A stretch of 63,835 nucleotides of DNA, filler included, from Conidiobolus incongruus B7586 (Eukaryota), in assembly GCA_000697335.1 (NCBI GenBank). It is 9 parts of 9 records of this genome, joined end to end, with 100 filler letters (N's around TTAATTAATTAA, not from the genome) between each part and the next. Parts side by side here need not be neighbours in the genome. Positions count along the whole stretch, not along the records: positions 36,319 to 60,875 come from JNEM01006577.1; 8 more parts are not named here. One strand, 5' to 3'. The notes beneath the pieces were generated by a model, which was not told the DNA's origin, ran no database searches, and was given only the letters and a program-made list of their open reading frames with translations. This document shows, piece by piece, positions 40,505-53,168 of this stretch (its first letter is position 1; each line of letters starts with the position of its first letter). A program made the translations under genes and the position numbers.

Positions 40505-40712
40505 TTATAATAAATTTTGGATGTAGTCTAAAGCGATAGGAGCTAAATTTCTAATCAATATAAAATTCACAGTCAGATTTGATTTAATATATACCTAAGT
40601 TGAGACCGATAGCAATTAAAGTAAAATTTTGAGCGGTAGAAATGGTTTTCTGTCTAAGGATACGTCTTTCTTCTTCTGTTAATTGAGGGACTTGAGGTTG
40701 AAAGGAAAACAT
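40505..40712 (-). CDS. TOM5: Mitochondrial outer-membrane translocase subunit Tom5 (51 aa; exons 40712-40595, 40542-40505)
   Basis: MFSFQPQVPQLTEEERRILRQKTISTAQNFTLIAIGLNLAPIALDYIQNLL: MF start, acidic (S/T)EEE helix and C-terminal tail anchor with conserved Pro, as in yeast Tom5. A 52-nt GTATAT..TTTAG intron keeps the frame. Confidence 0.85.
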
Positions 40713-41068
40713 TTTGTTTTAATTTGAAGTATTTAAAATAAAAATACTATATAAATAGAGTAAGTTAATACTGAATTAAATTGAGATATGATTTTTAATA
40801 AATTGATTATTTTAAAATTAATTATTATAAAATTATTTTTTATAAACTTACATTTAAAATTAAAATTTATTAATTTTTAATTTTCCTTTTATAAATTGAT
40901 ATAATTTATTTATAGTTTCACAAATTTAAAATTAAAAATATGGGATAATTGAAAATGATTTTATTTGTTATGAAAAAGTTTTAGTCCCATAATTAGTTAT
41001 ACACTAAGATAAAAATCCAAAAATAAACCCTTATCAAACCACCACCATAATATAGCAAATATTATAAA

Positions 41069-41693
41069 ATGATTTATATAGAGCAACTAGGTTGCCATAT
41101 CTACAAAATCAACATTGCCAACTGTTACAAGTCCGTTGAAAAGCTCCTATCTCTGACCCCGTATTCCAATGGGAGCTAGGTGTCCAATTCATAGAATTAT
41201 TATTTATTCATCAATTAAACAATAAATAGAGGGAAAAAGATAAATCAACCGAGATTCTAAGTTTTGGATTTCATCAAGTAAATATGAGCAATATTGTATG
41301 ATATAATGACAATTGATTGATATTTGGACTTCTATACCTGGTCAATTACCTCAACCTAGTAACGAAGATGAATAAAATATTGAGGGCTTATTCATAAGTT
41401 TGGAATACGTTTACAATCAGTACAAATCATCAGTGTTACTCAACCAATCAAAACCTAATGAATTATCTATAAAGCAACAGGTTGAAGGCCGATTACCAAT
41501 ACTACTCGCTCATGGTATCTGCCATCGGTTGGATTACGATCATGAGTTGAAAGAAGATTATACTAAAGTAAATAATCAATAATATTTTCATTTTTAAAGT
41601 TGGCGACTATTTAAGATTTATATTTACGAACAAAAAATTTAAACTTATAAAATATGGCAAAACCAAGAGCCTGAGTTAAATTTATTAGAATAA
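41069..41693 (+). pseudogene. ybeY: Disrupted YbeY endoribonuclease gene
   Basis: IHQLNNK*REKDKSTEILSF (cf. LNxxYRxKDKPTDVLSF), EDE*NIEGLFISLEYV (cf. LGDIFIS), LLAHGICHRLDYDHE (HxxxHxxxxDH zinc motif). TAG at 41227, TAA at 41373, plus a 5' frameshift. Confidence 0.8.
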
Positions 41694-43032
41694 TTAATAC
41701 TTAATTCAATATAAAATAAAATTATAGATAATTTTAAAAGTTTTGATTGAGATTATATAATAGTTAATCAATGATACAATTATATTTTTACAATTTATAA
41801 CTATTAGTTTATTTTAAAATTTTAAAATTTATTCAAGTGATTGAATATTAGTAAATTTTCAAATATTCTATACTAATAATTTCAAAGAAAAATATATTTT
41901 TATTTCATAGATAATAAATGAATCATTATCAATTAGTTAATTATATTTATATTGAATTATTTTAACATTACACAAATTTAGTTATATACTTTTTTGGAAA
42001 ACTGAGCAATTGCTGATAATAAATTAAAAAATAATGGTTAAAGTGAAAATTGATGAAATAGTTATTGGAATAGTAAACAATTTTCAAGAAAAAATTGAAT
42101 ATTTTTCTTAATAAATTCAGAATAATAAGGTTTGAATTATGATTACATGTTGATATGAATAACTAAAAATATTTAAAATGTTAAGTAAGTTAATATTCGC
42201 TATTATTCCATTATAATATATATTATCATTTCTTTAAATTGATATTCATATAATTTGACGAAATTTACTATTTTGTAATTTATACTATGGAATTGAAATC
42301 CAATTACATCCAAAGCAACGCTGATCTAATTTCGGATTTAAAACAATTTTAGCAAGATATTGGTATATATGTATATGACAATTAATATGTCATGATTACT
42401 GATTCAAATTCTAGTAAATACATATCAATGATTGTACATTGAATTAATTTATTGTATTCCCAACATATTTATAAACAATTACTATTACTTTCATTGAATA
42501 TTAAAAATAATTGAAGTTGGTAAACTATCAAACTTGATAGATATTGTTCAAAATTTAAGTGATAATATGGTTCAGCAAATGACGTAAATTTTTTAACCAT
42601 TAATTGTTTTTCAATTGTTCAATCATAATATAACATTATTGTCATTGATTTAAGCTTATGTGTAATATAATGAAAAAAAAATAATGTGATTAGCCATAAT
42701 AAGATTTTGAGTAAAATTGAATAAAGTTAAAAATTCAATATTTGTTGATTATTAACAATGAATAAAAATTATATTATTAATAAGCTTACCCTATAATCTC
42801 AACTATTAAAAAATATAATTTAAATATTTATAGTGTTTTTGTGGATATATACTCTTTTATATATTAAGTTAAAATGAGTTAAAATTGTCATATAGTTCTA
42901 TTTATTTACACAATTTTATTTCTCCCATAATATTACGAATTCTTATAATTGATAAACTAAGTCTCAGTTCCAAATCAAATTAATATAATTTGATAGTTAA
43001 TAGTATTATTCAATTTAATATATTAAAAAAGA

Positions 43033-43693
43033 ATGTCAACTGAAGGAGCCTCAAATAGTAATAAATATTCTATGTAATAATCTAATAAAATATTAAGATT
43101 AATCTGAATCTTTAGTTGAAATTATTATTTCAGCTTGTAGAAATGATCAAATTGATTTGTTGACGGAAACTGTTCAAAATGCTACCGAGTTAGATATTAA
43201 CCAAACCGATAGCATTGGAAATACTCCTTTACACTGGGCGTAAATACCCTTAAACTTTATATTGACAACATTCATTAATTTAACATGTTTAGATGTATTT
43301 CAGGTTCTTTTGAATGTCTCGAATATCTATTACAATTTGAAAATATTTCCACTTCCTCTAAGGATAAAGTATTGGGTGAAACACCTTTACACAAAGTCTT
43401 CAACCCTTTGAAAAGTCCCAAAATTAGTGAAATTTTGGTGGGTTTGTTGTTGGAAGCTGGTTGTGATTATAAATTAAAGAATAAGGAAGGTAGAACCGCT
43501 TTGGACTTAGTCCCTAAGGATGGTGAATTTGAAAATGTTAGAAATTTGATACTCCAGGCTGAGGCTTCTTCATTATTAGTAATTATATTTTAGCATATTA
43601 TCAAGTATTATCTACTTATTCATAATTTTTTAGGACTTACCGGTTGATGATGATGACGATGATGACGGTACTGCAAGTGATATTTCCGAATAA
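43033..43693 (+). CDS. Ankyrin-repeat protein, yeast YGL242C-like (164 aa, 4 exons)
   Basis: Introns 43058-43115, 43240-43292, 43579-43633 give an open 495-nt CDS; MSTEGAS start, GNTPLHWA, GETPLH, GRTALDL, acidic tail. Confidence 0.88.
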
Positions 43694-45238
43694 ATTCAAT
43701 ATTTTTTTTTCATTTTTTTCACCTGGTTCATTATTAATATATTTATTAATCGATTTTGATATTTAGATATTCATTTGGATAAATATAGATGCCTTAAATA
43801 TAAAAAGTAAATTGTTGGTTTATATAACTAATGTTATTGTTGTTATTCATTATTTTGTTTGTTGGTAAATTATTAATCTATTCAAATATTTTTATTCTTA
43901 TTCAATCAATCAGCATTTAATAAATGAAAAAATAGTCATATTTCCATTATTCGTTAGTATGAAGAATAATACATATTAATTACCAAATGAAAGCTGAATA
44001 GATAAATATTTTTTAATATAAATTTATGATTCTAAATATTTATCCAATCATAATTCAAGTTATTTAAAAAAAATCAACTTTATTGTGTTAAAATTGATTA
44101 CGCGACCTTACTATCAATAATATATTAAATTTAAAACCTTAATGAGTGTACGATTCAATAATTTTGAATTTTAAAAGCCAGATAAAGAGTTGACTTAAAA
44201 TAGTTCAAAATGATAATTAATCATCATCTTAAACTACAATTTTTATCCCATTTAAATTCCAACCTTCTATCAACTTAATGACACTCAATATTTGATTCTC
44301 ATAAGAATAATCATTCAATTATTTCGCTATTTCTATGAGATTATTAGCTAATCCTTCATAATTTCATTAAAAGGTCACAAAACTTGAATTTGGCGATTAT
44401 AAATTTAGCGAAATATAGCAATATCGAATGCAAAATATTGTTATTCAGGTATTATAGTCGGTGAAAGTATAAAATTTAACTTTTTTACTCAATATAGTAT
44501 TAATCGATAAGCATTGATGAAATATTAAATTTTAAATTACAAATGATTTTAATCGCCAAATTGATAGAGCTTAGTACAAAATGATATTAATTAATTAAAT
44601 TGTTAAAAATTATCATTACATAGTTGGATTTTTTCAAAATTAAATGTTTAGAATTATATATTGGCAAGGAATCTACTGAATTTTTCAATATATGTTAATA
44701 AAAATTCTGTTAATTTAATAATAAAAATATTTTTGTTCTAATAGACTATTTGATATTTTACTGATTAAATTTAATAATCAAATTAAATTAAAAATCTAAA
44801 ATATCACAAAGAATTTAAAGTGATAATAATAATATATAACATCATTGAAAAAATATTAGATTGATTATTATGAACATCTACTTAATAAGAATAACGCATC
44901 TAAAATATTTATATATTAAGGAAAATTTCTATCAGATTTGAATACAATATCTATAAATATTTTTCATATTTGAATTGATATTAATTTTAATATATTGTAA
45001 CCTGTTATATATACTAATTGATAAATTTTGAAGATTTCGATATTATGAATAATCACATTAAATTATGTATTATTTAACAAATCAATCCCAAAAAACATCA
45101 ATTTCGAATTGTAACAAAATCATATTTGGAAATTTTATATATACAAAAATTCATAATATTTTAACCAATCAACTATACCTATCTATATTGATCCAATTAA
45201 TTACATAAGTTATATTATCAAATTTCCAAATATTTTCT

Positions 45239-45909
45239 CTATGGCGATACTTTTGTACCGAATCTACTTAGAGGCCACACTACAAACAATACTTTAGCTT
45301 CGACTAAACCCATACTCACCTAAAAATCATTAATAACATATATGTAATTTAAATAACAAACGCTTACAGGTCCAAAGAATCCCGAATCGTAAGTACTACC
45401 GAAACGATCTCCCGAAATCCAAATATGATTCGTAGGCACTCGAACAATTCTTTGTAAATTATCGTTTTTGCCGTTGATAATGATGTCTGGTTTGCGCATC
45501 TCAATAATATCGTGGGGTAGTCCTTTGATGCGTTTGATGACATGATGTTCAGCATTCATTGGTGATCTTTTATAAAGTATTATTAGTATTTGAAATTTGA
45601 GATAGTTTGGAATAAGATTACTTGCAAATTACAACATCATCATATGTCAAATTCTTATTAAGTTGAGGACGTTTTAAACCCAGTACCCAATCTCGAGTGG
45701 CTCCATTACTGTCGGGATTCAATGTAGGCTAATATCAATAAATAATTGATAATTCACTTGAAGAATATGAATAGGCATTAACCTACCTGCATGGACTGTC
45801 CCTCCACCTTATAAATAGAGAATAAATATTCATTAATGGTTACGAATACTGGTATCCATAATATTGGTTTAATAATTTTTAGAGTTAGCTGACTTGGATT
45901 GATTGCCAT
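45239..45909 (-). CDS. IMP2: Mitochondrial inner membrane protease subunit 2 (peptidase S26; 169 aa, 4 exons)
   Basis: Introns 45786-45729, 45621-45567, 45367-45320 give an open 510-nt CDS; VEGQSMQPTLNPD (catalytic Ser), IKRI (catalytic Lys), HIWISGD, DSGFFGPVS, VWP. Confidence 0.9.
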
Positions 45910-46330
45910 TTTTATTCTTTAAATTGAATGTTATGATTTCAGAGGGTTGAGATATTTTTAATAATTTAATTAGATTTGAAATTATTATGGGATTATATTA
46001 TATAATTTGAACTTGAATATAAGAATTGTAATAATTTTGAATCCACTTGTCATTACACCATTAACATATATAACTTTATATCACCAATTTATCTTTAACA
46101 AATTCTGAATAAAAATTCTTTCCTCATTCAATGAGAGATTATTATAAATAACCAATTTTAACCAATCAAAAAATCCCATAATATCCAATGTGATTGTCAA
46201 TTCCATCATCACTATAAATATGTGTAATTTGAAGACACTAATAATCAACATTTATTTTTTCTTTCAAATTATTCAAATATCAATTGTACAATACAGAAAT
46301 TTTCTATTTATCGACTATAGCAGTTAAATA

Positions 46331-47670
46331 ATGGAACAAATATTAAATAAAGTAGCGATGACAGCCTTCAATACGGCGATTAATACAGCCAGTCGAGCAG
46401 CTTTCGGTGCTGTGACTACACTTGTAGTGGTAATTTCAAAACATATAGCTTTTAGTATTAGTTGATTAATTTTTGATTGTAGAAACAAACTACCAAGCTC
46501 ATTGCCAAATCACAGACTAAAGACAAACCCAATATTGAAAAGGCGTTGAATGAATTTCAAACTAAGTTGAAGGTGGTGAACCCCATAATACAACTGTTGG
46601 AACTTGGAGCTTGTAGAGGTAACAGTTCCATTGAGACAATATTCGAAATGACTGAAGAATTGAAGATAACTGTCGAGAGTGTGGAATCTATATTGAGTAA
46701 GGAAACGAATAAGAAAGAACCCGATAATGAGTTGATTATCAAACAGTTGAAACTGGCATCTGAAGCAATTGATAAGATTGTACCATACTTGAATCTAGCA
46801 GTCTCAACTATAAACATTACTAAATCAAGCACTTTCAAAACCCAAATATCATTGAGCAGACTGTGCCAAGCTTCCAATCTGCTTTCAATCATTGATCAAA
46901 GCATCCAACACTCGAAAGACCCGTACACAAAGGTGGGTAAAGGCTACATCTTCCAACTCTTTAAATTGTTTCAGGGATCCAATCGTCCCAAAGGTATCAG
47001 TGACCTCACATGGACTGAGCACTTCCCAAAATGCTTTGGGTATCTCAATCGTCAACCTACATCAAAACCCATAGCTTACGAATTAGTCTTTGAAGAAAAC
47101 CTTGATGATGGCAGATACCACGATCCCGAAGAAACCAAGCGAACGGACATTAGTACGAGTATTCCAATTGGTAGGGAACTTTGTCTCAATCTCCAGAAAA
47201 TCCACAAAGTATATTTTAGTACCAGCGGTAATTTGCTGAATATTGACGGAATGAATCAACCTGTACTCGTGATTCAAATTGAAAAACCTGACAAAAATGA
47301 ATTAGAACCCTACGATTATTTTGCATTTGGGTTTTATAAAATTTCTGTTAAAGATATTGAAGATAATGAGAGTGATGACGGAGATACTGAAAATACTGAA
47401 GATTCGTTAACCAATCAATTCCACGAATTCAACCTAGCAGTTACAAAAACTCAAGATGAGTTACCAACTGAAGAGTTGTTATTCAGACAATTAGTTATCA
47501 AACCCAATACTGACAAATTGATTGCAAAGGATCCAATACCTAATAGTGCTTTAAGTCTGTTTGAGTACTTAATTAAATTGGCAATTATTGAAATTCATCT
47601 GCAGCAATCTCATTTATTGTTGAAGGATGAAATACTTTTGAATGTTTTTAAGAATGAGATTGATAAATAA
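46331..47670 (+). CDS. YRB30: RanGTP-binding protein, Yrb30-like (428 aa; exons 46331-46429, 46483-47670)
   Basis: MEQILNKVAMTAF start, LLELGACRGNSSI (cf. AARGNTxL), PYLNLA, ISLSRLCQAS, EENLDDGRYH, SGNLLNI; intron in frame. Confidence 0.8.
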
Positions 47671-48049
47671 TTAATAAAATTGATAGTATTTAATTATATG
47701 TCCATATTTGATATAAATAAACAAGGTAAAATGAGATTGATCATTCTATAGATTTTGGCAATAGCTGAGTTAAAATACAAGAATAATATTGAATTAGTAT
47801 ATTGATTATATGTAATAATATCGATTATTCCAATCTAGATCTTTTGAATATGATGCTTTTGAATCAATCCAATTGACTGTTAATGAATTTTTGCTAATAG
47901 AAAAAATTTTAAGAAAACAAAAATTTAATCCAATTCATGTTGAAAATAGAATTATGAGAAGATTTATTATAATTAAACAAAGTAATTAATATGAGATAAA
48001 ATTTTTTAAAGGCATTTAAATTAATTAAGATTGGGTGGTAATTATGGAT

Positions 48050-51000
48050 TTAACTGGGGAAACTCGACGACTTGCCACTTACATTATTCCTAGGGATAAA
48101 AGGTAAAGAAGCATTCGGTGCCATGTATCCTAACTTGTCAAATTCCTTCAATAAATCGACATTGGACGTCGTGGGAGTGATATCCGTACCCACCTTGGAC
48201 TGGTATTCGAGGAGGTTGGCCGCCATGACACGCTTGTCGCGTTCGAAATCGCGCCAGCGTTTCATGACGATTTGACTTGAATCGAATTCTCCAACCTTCT
48301 TGCCGTGATCTTCTTTCTCGCCCTTCTCACCCTCCACTTGTCTGGTTTGGCCCCAGCTGAAGTCGTCAAAGTGCCAGTATGCGTACACGGGGAGAACGAA
48401 GTTCCAAATTGGTAATGATAGCAAATAGACTAACATCCAGCCGACATACACCAATTTACGTGTTGTAAACACAATGAGCACCGCTGGAAGTCCCAAAATA
48501 GCAGCAAGTAACATCAGTGGAATGATGGGTACAGGTTTGACAAAGAACGAAATCACAATAAGATAAATGGTAAATGTAATGGCTGCAGGTAGTACTACTG
48601 TACCTACAAGTTCCATAAAGATGACGAACTGCATCGAGAAACAGAAAGTGCCACAGAGATCGCGAATTAGCACCAGTTCCAAAAGGTTATGAACGGTAGA
48701 ATTGATCCATCGACGGCGTTGACTTAATAACACTTCCATTGTATCTGGTACAATTGTTTTACACACAGCTTGAGGTACGAATAACATTTTGCGCTTTGGA
48801 AAGGTTTTGAGCATGAGTGTGGTTAGGTAACGGTCTTCCCCAAGTAATAAAAGATTCTTCTTGTGTAATGTATCTACCACATTTTCGGAATAGTATTCGA
48901 CAATATCCGGATTAGCTAGAATAGGCACCCAATAACCATTGCGACCTTTGGGTGATTTAATACGATACATGCAGAAACATCCAGGTAAGCAGGTGACACC
49001 GCCAAAAACCGACTCAAACGCTTTAGACAGATGGTGACTGATATAGTACTCGAACACTTGAATCATAGTAACCCAACTCTGTGTCTTGTTCGCAATCTTG
49101 GTCTCGCCACACAGGCCCATGACCTGAGGGTCCATCACCATCACACGCACCATCTTGGTCAACGAATCCGGGAACACTTTGGTATCTGCATCGACCATTA
49201 AGACGATTTCATAACTGTCTGGAGTCACTCCGGTAACATTCCACATCGCATTGAACATTTCATAATCGAGGGAGGATAGTCTCTCGTCAAACATGATGCG
49301 CTGCAAGAACGACATGAGAATAATTTGACCGTCTCGTTTACCTCGATTTCCTGGTTTGGGATTGTTAGCTTCTTGTGGCGTACCACATTTCACTACCAGT
49401 ACCATTGGGACTTTCACCTGCTGACTAGGATCTACCGTTTTATCGTCATATTTGTAATATCCAGCATACACTTTAGCCATATTGTGACGTTTTTGGCCAT
49501 CAGCAATGGCTACATAACTGTGAGGCTGAACATTCTCAGCGGGAATCACCAAATCCTTCATCATGGACAAACAGATATCTGGAGTGGATTGTGTATTGCC
49601 ACTGCCCTTGATAATACCGTCACATACCACGTAAATGAGCTTGTGACTCGAGGGATAGTCAGTAGTAGCCAGAGAATCGAAAGTGGTCCTCAATCCCTCT
49701 TCACCCTCTGAATAGCACGTAACTAGAAGCAGAGTGTGGGCAAGGGGAAAGTCAAATGGTTGGAAATCTTGAGGAGGTGGAGGTGGGGCAACGTGACGGG
49801 GTGTGACTTGGGAATAGTTTTGAAGACTTGCCAATGTTAATGCACTTGATAATTCGTACCCATGTTGGTTGCTGTATGGATACGTGTTCTCTTGATTGGG
49901 ACTCAGTGACGTTGTTGACATTCTTCCTGGAGTGTAAGCCTGCGAATTTCGATTCAGAGATAGTGAACTATTGCCGAAATGAGCATCAGAAGGCCGTCTC
50001 AGAGCATTCGTGGGCATGTTCGAAGAACCGTAGGGATAATACATATTGGGAGGCGGCCACTTTTTATTTTTATTGCTTCCAGGCTGATCACCCGGCTGAG
50101 GGGTTGAAAATCTACTTGTTGAAGGTAAAAATGAAATTCTGTGCCCTTGTTCCATGCCCAATTTTGGAAGTTTGCTGAAATTGAATTGTGACAGACTTGC
50201 AGTTGAAAATCTTGCAACACTGTTGTTTTGGTAATACTGGGTGGGGAATGCAGATTGGTTAGGAATATCCGCCCTTAAATCCATCCTTTCACTCCAAGCT
50301 TCAATAATTTCTTGTCTGCGTTTTCTCTGTTCGGGTGTCTCTGGCGTTAGTTGACCTAATTTGGGTCCCATTACCCATCCGAAGAACAGTGCCATAAAGA
50401 ATTTGGCAAGTACCAAACTCAAAATGACGATTAAACTGGTGTAGAGCACAATATTGGAGCTGATACATCCAATGGATTGAGTGTCAATAACCCCCACTTT
50501 GAGAATTTCCTCCATGCATCTCCCCAGCTTAGGATTATTGTTTGCTAACAGGTAGGATATATCCAAACCAGAAGCTGTTTGGGCCGTGTTCGCAGCGAGC
50601 GACGAACTGGTGACGATAGGATGGAGAAACTGACTCAATTCCGTATCCAATTGAATATCATTGGAAGCCCACAAGAGTCTTTTGAGGTCTAATACGTTCC
50701 CATTGTACACCAAAAATCTGCTATTGCCATCTTTAATATCCTCCCAGGTGAAATAGAGAGTACCAACCCATTTCAAACTTTGAAACCATTTGGGACTGAA
50801 ATTATTATGGCACCCAATTCGCTCTGGATTGAGATTTGGATTGGGGACTGTGTCAGACGTCGTCATAACGCATGGAAAGTAATTCGTGGGATAGAAATTA
50901 GGTTGAGCATTCTTTAATCCAATAAATTGTCTACAATTCTGGTTCACTGTTTGAAATAAAAAGGACAAATCTTTGCCACCAGCATCTGGAAATGGTTTAC

Positions 51001-51622
51001 TTAGTAGAAAACCATCCCCTTGGTTCCAATCTGGAACTTGCGGGTGCTGAAAGCTCGTAACATTATACAACTCCCCATTTATTAGAATGAGATCCGTTCC
51101 AATTCCGTTGCGATATGGCAAACGTCTAGAGTCGCCAGGTCCACAGATGGCAGGTTGGAGACCGAAAGTAAGGAAACCTACACATAAACACAAGGTTACA
51201 ATAATAGTCACAAGTGCCATTTTCTCTCGCCATGCCTGTTGAATTTCTGGTAAATCCATTTTAAAGAATCTTAGGACGGGACTCGGTGCATACCATGTTA
51301 CAATCCTGCTAAACAAAATCCACGGTGACGGACAATCCGACTCATTTTTGGTATCTTGCTTTTTGGTATCAGTGCGAAAGCCCATGGATAGACCTCGACG
51401 CGCGTGAGGCTCTAAGAAATCGCGCTTGAGAGACATTTTACGTCGGTCTATTGTCCTTGCCCTCTCGTGCCTCACGAGAGACTTGGAGCGGGACACCGGA
51501 CCTTCCGAGTCGATGGGCGAGTACAGCGTCTCGATCTTTGGGACGTAAGCACTATTGTTAGAAGACGATTCATGATGAGTATGATGGTTAGAATCTTCCG
51601 AATTGGAAGACTTTGACGACAT
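48050..51622 (-). CDS. Chitin synthase, class IV (Chs3-like), ~1190 aa
   Basis: RSKSLVRHERAR, AWREK, TFG, cytochrome b5-like region, VTCYSEG, KPGNRGKRDGQ, VDADT, TCLPGCF, LGEDRYL, SQRRRW, WHFDDFSWG. True ATG likely 51622 (MSSKSS); the upstream ORF extension lies in a pyrimidine-rich probable intron. Confidence 0.96.
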   Translation of the reverse strand: MSSKSSNSEDSNHHTHHESSSNNSAYVPKIETLYSPIDSEGPVSRSKSLVRHERARTIDRRKMSLKRDFLEPHARRGLSMGFRTDTKKQDTKNESDCPSPWILFSRIVTWYAPSPVLRFFKMDLPEIQQAWREKMALVTIIVTLCLCVGFLTFGLQPAICGPGDSRRLPYRNGIGTDLILINGELYNVTSFQHPQVPDWNQGDGFLLSKPFPDAGGKDLSFLFQTVNQNCRQFIGLKNAQPNFYPTNYFPCVMTTSDTVPNPNLNPERIGCHNNFSPKWFQSLKWVGTLYFTWEDIKDGNSRFLVYNGNVLDLKRLLWASNDIQLDTELSQFLHPIVTSSSLAANTAQTASGLDISYLLANNNPKLGRCMEEILKVGVIDTQSIGCISSNIVLYTSLIVILSLVLAKFFMALFFGWVMGPKLGQLTPETPEQRKRRQEIIEAWSERMDLRADIPNQSAFPTQYYQNNSVARFSTASLSQFNFSKLPKLGMEQGHRISFLPSTSRFSTPQPGDQPGSNKNKKWPPPNMYYPYGSSNMPTNALRRPSDAHFGNSSLSLNRNSQAYTPGRMSTTSLSPNQENTYPYSNQHGYELSSALTLASLQNYSQVTPRHVAPPPPPQDFQPFDFPLAHTLLLVTCYSEGEEGLRTTFDSLATTDYPSSHKLIYVVCDGIIKGSGNTQSTPDICLSMMKDLVIPAENVQPHSYVAIADGQKRHNMAKVYAGYYKYDDKTVDPSQQVKVPMVLVVKCGTPQEANNPKPGNRGKRDGQIILMSFLQRIMFDERLSSLDYEMFNAMWNVTGVTPDSYEIVLMVDADTKVFPDSLTKMVRVMVMDPQVMGLCGETKIANKTQSWVTMIQVFEYYISHHLSKAFESVFGGVTCLPGCFCMYRIKSPKGRNGYWVPILANPDIVEYYSENVVDTLHKKNLLLLGEDRYLTTLMLKTFPKRKMLFVPQAVCKTIVPDTMEVLLSQRRRWINSTVHNLLELVLIRDLCGTFCFSMQFVIFMELVGTVVLPAAITFTIYLIVISFFVKPVPIIPLMLLAAILGLPAVLIVFTTRKLVYVGWMLVYLLSLPIWNFVLPVYAYWHFDDFSWGQTRQVEGEKGEKEDHGKKVGEFDSSQIVMKRWRDFERDKRVMAANLLEYQSKVGTDITPTTSNVDLLKEFDKLGYMAPNASLPFIPRNNVSGKSSSFPS

Positions 51623-52668
51623 GCTAAAGAAATAAATTAAAGAAAAAAAATTAAACAAGAAAGAAAAAAATCCAAACTAACAAATTTTCTACCCCAAGCT
51701 CAATTTAGTAAGCTTTCACGTTAATCAACAACTTAAGTAATAGCCCAGAAATTTTATATTATCAATTACAAAATTTTTAATCGGTAAATTTTATGAATAT
51801 TGCACTAAATATACTAGTTATCAATGATTTAATAATAATGGATCAATCATTCAATTATATCAACTACTAGTCCAAGTATATACTTCTAGTGATAACCGAC
51901 AATCTCAACAATACTCAATTGATAAGCCTTAAGATTGTCCAAAAGTTAAAATTATAACAACCCAATGAAAAAATAATTTCAGGTATCAATTTTAGAATGA
52001 TACATTGTTTAAATATGTCAGTTCAATTAGTGTCAGTAACAATCTTAACTCGATTTAAATTTTACCCCACACCCAATTTTAATTTCAATTAACAATTTTT
52101 AGATATGGATTAACTCTTAAAATTGGTATCAACAAGTATTTTATTAAAATATAATTATTATAATTATATTGACTTTATATTAATGGTTCATATATTTTAC
52201 AATTAAATTTATTCTCATTCAATAATATTAATAATTTATTAATTAAGATTTTTGAATCAATTTAAAGTTTGATCAAAAATATGTTATATTTTAATTATAA
52301 AAAGATTATAAAAAATCAACCAATCCTAAAGCCATGTGTATTGCAAAAAACCCAATAATCAACCATAATAATATCCTTGCTATATCAATTATCTAACAAC
52401 TTTACCTATCAATCTTTTACTTAAACTTATTAAGTTAGTTATATGTGTTTTACTTTAAGCCTTTGATTTTTTCTCCTTTACCCTTATCCATTACCCTTAA
52501 TTTCTCCACACTTTGAAATTTAGTTGCCAAAATTTTTCGATAGGATTTTAAGTTTTTTTGTATGGTTGAAATTTGGATTAAGTCATTAGGAGGAGGATAA
52601 TTAGTATAACTGATAGATTTTATCGTATTGATACAATGATGAATTAATTAATTAAAATTATTAACCAG

Positions 52669-52672
<4 letters not shown>

Positions 52673-52706
<34 letters not shown>
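52673..52706. repeat. (AT)n microsatellite
   Basis: Perfect AT dinucleotide run; shorter runs near 10560, 21990, 36005 and 36915. Confidence 0.9.
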
Positions 52707-52709
<3 letters not shown>

Positions 52710-53168
52710 TGCTAGATTATATATAGAGAATTTTGAAATAATTCAAAATAAACATCATTTAATCGAATCAGATCGAAATAGAAACTTTCATTATATATTA
52801 ATATAATTTTCTTGATAACTGTAATTAATACACTTACAATTGTTGGTGAATACAAATCTAAGTTTGAATGACATATTTATTCTTATATCAATGATGATAA
52901 TTCAAATAAAATTATATATTTTATTCATTATAATATATCATTAAGAGTTAAAAATTTAATTTATAAAAAGCATTTTAATTTATAAACTATGAATTACAAC
53001 ATGATGTAATACGTCGCAATATTATTAATTTATCCCATTTGTGACTCTGTATTCAAAAACCAATTTATCAGGCTCCCATAATTATTAACCAGAATTCAAA
53101 TTATATTGATTATGAATTATAAATAATACGAATTTACTTCTAAATGAATATTACTTTAAACATAAAAA

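Noticed and set aside
38198..41693. Stop-codon reassignment or readthrough explaining in-frame stops in the PBP2-like and YbeY genes
   Set aside because: The stops fall at positions expected to be different residues, frameshifts co-occur, and intact genes use TAA, TAG and TGA as terminators.
42287..42640. ATG plus intron-like signals (MELKSNYIQSNADLISDLKQF*)
   Set aside because: Early stop and no recognisable family; cannot support a call.
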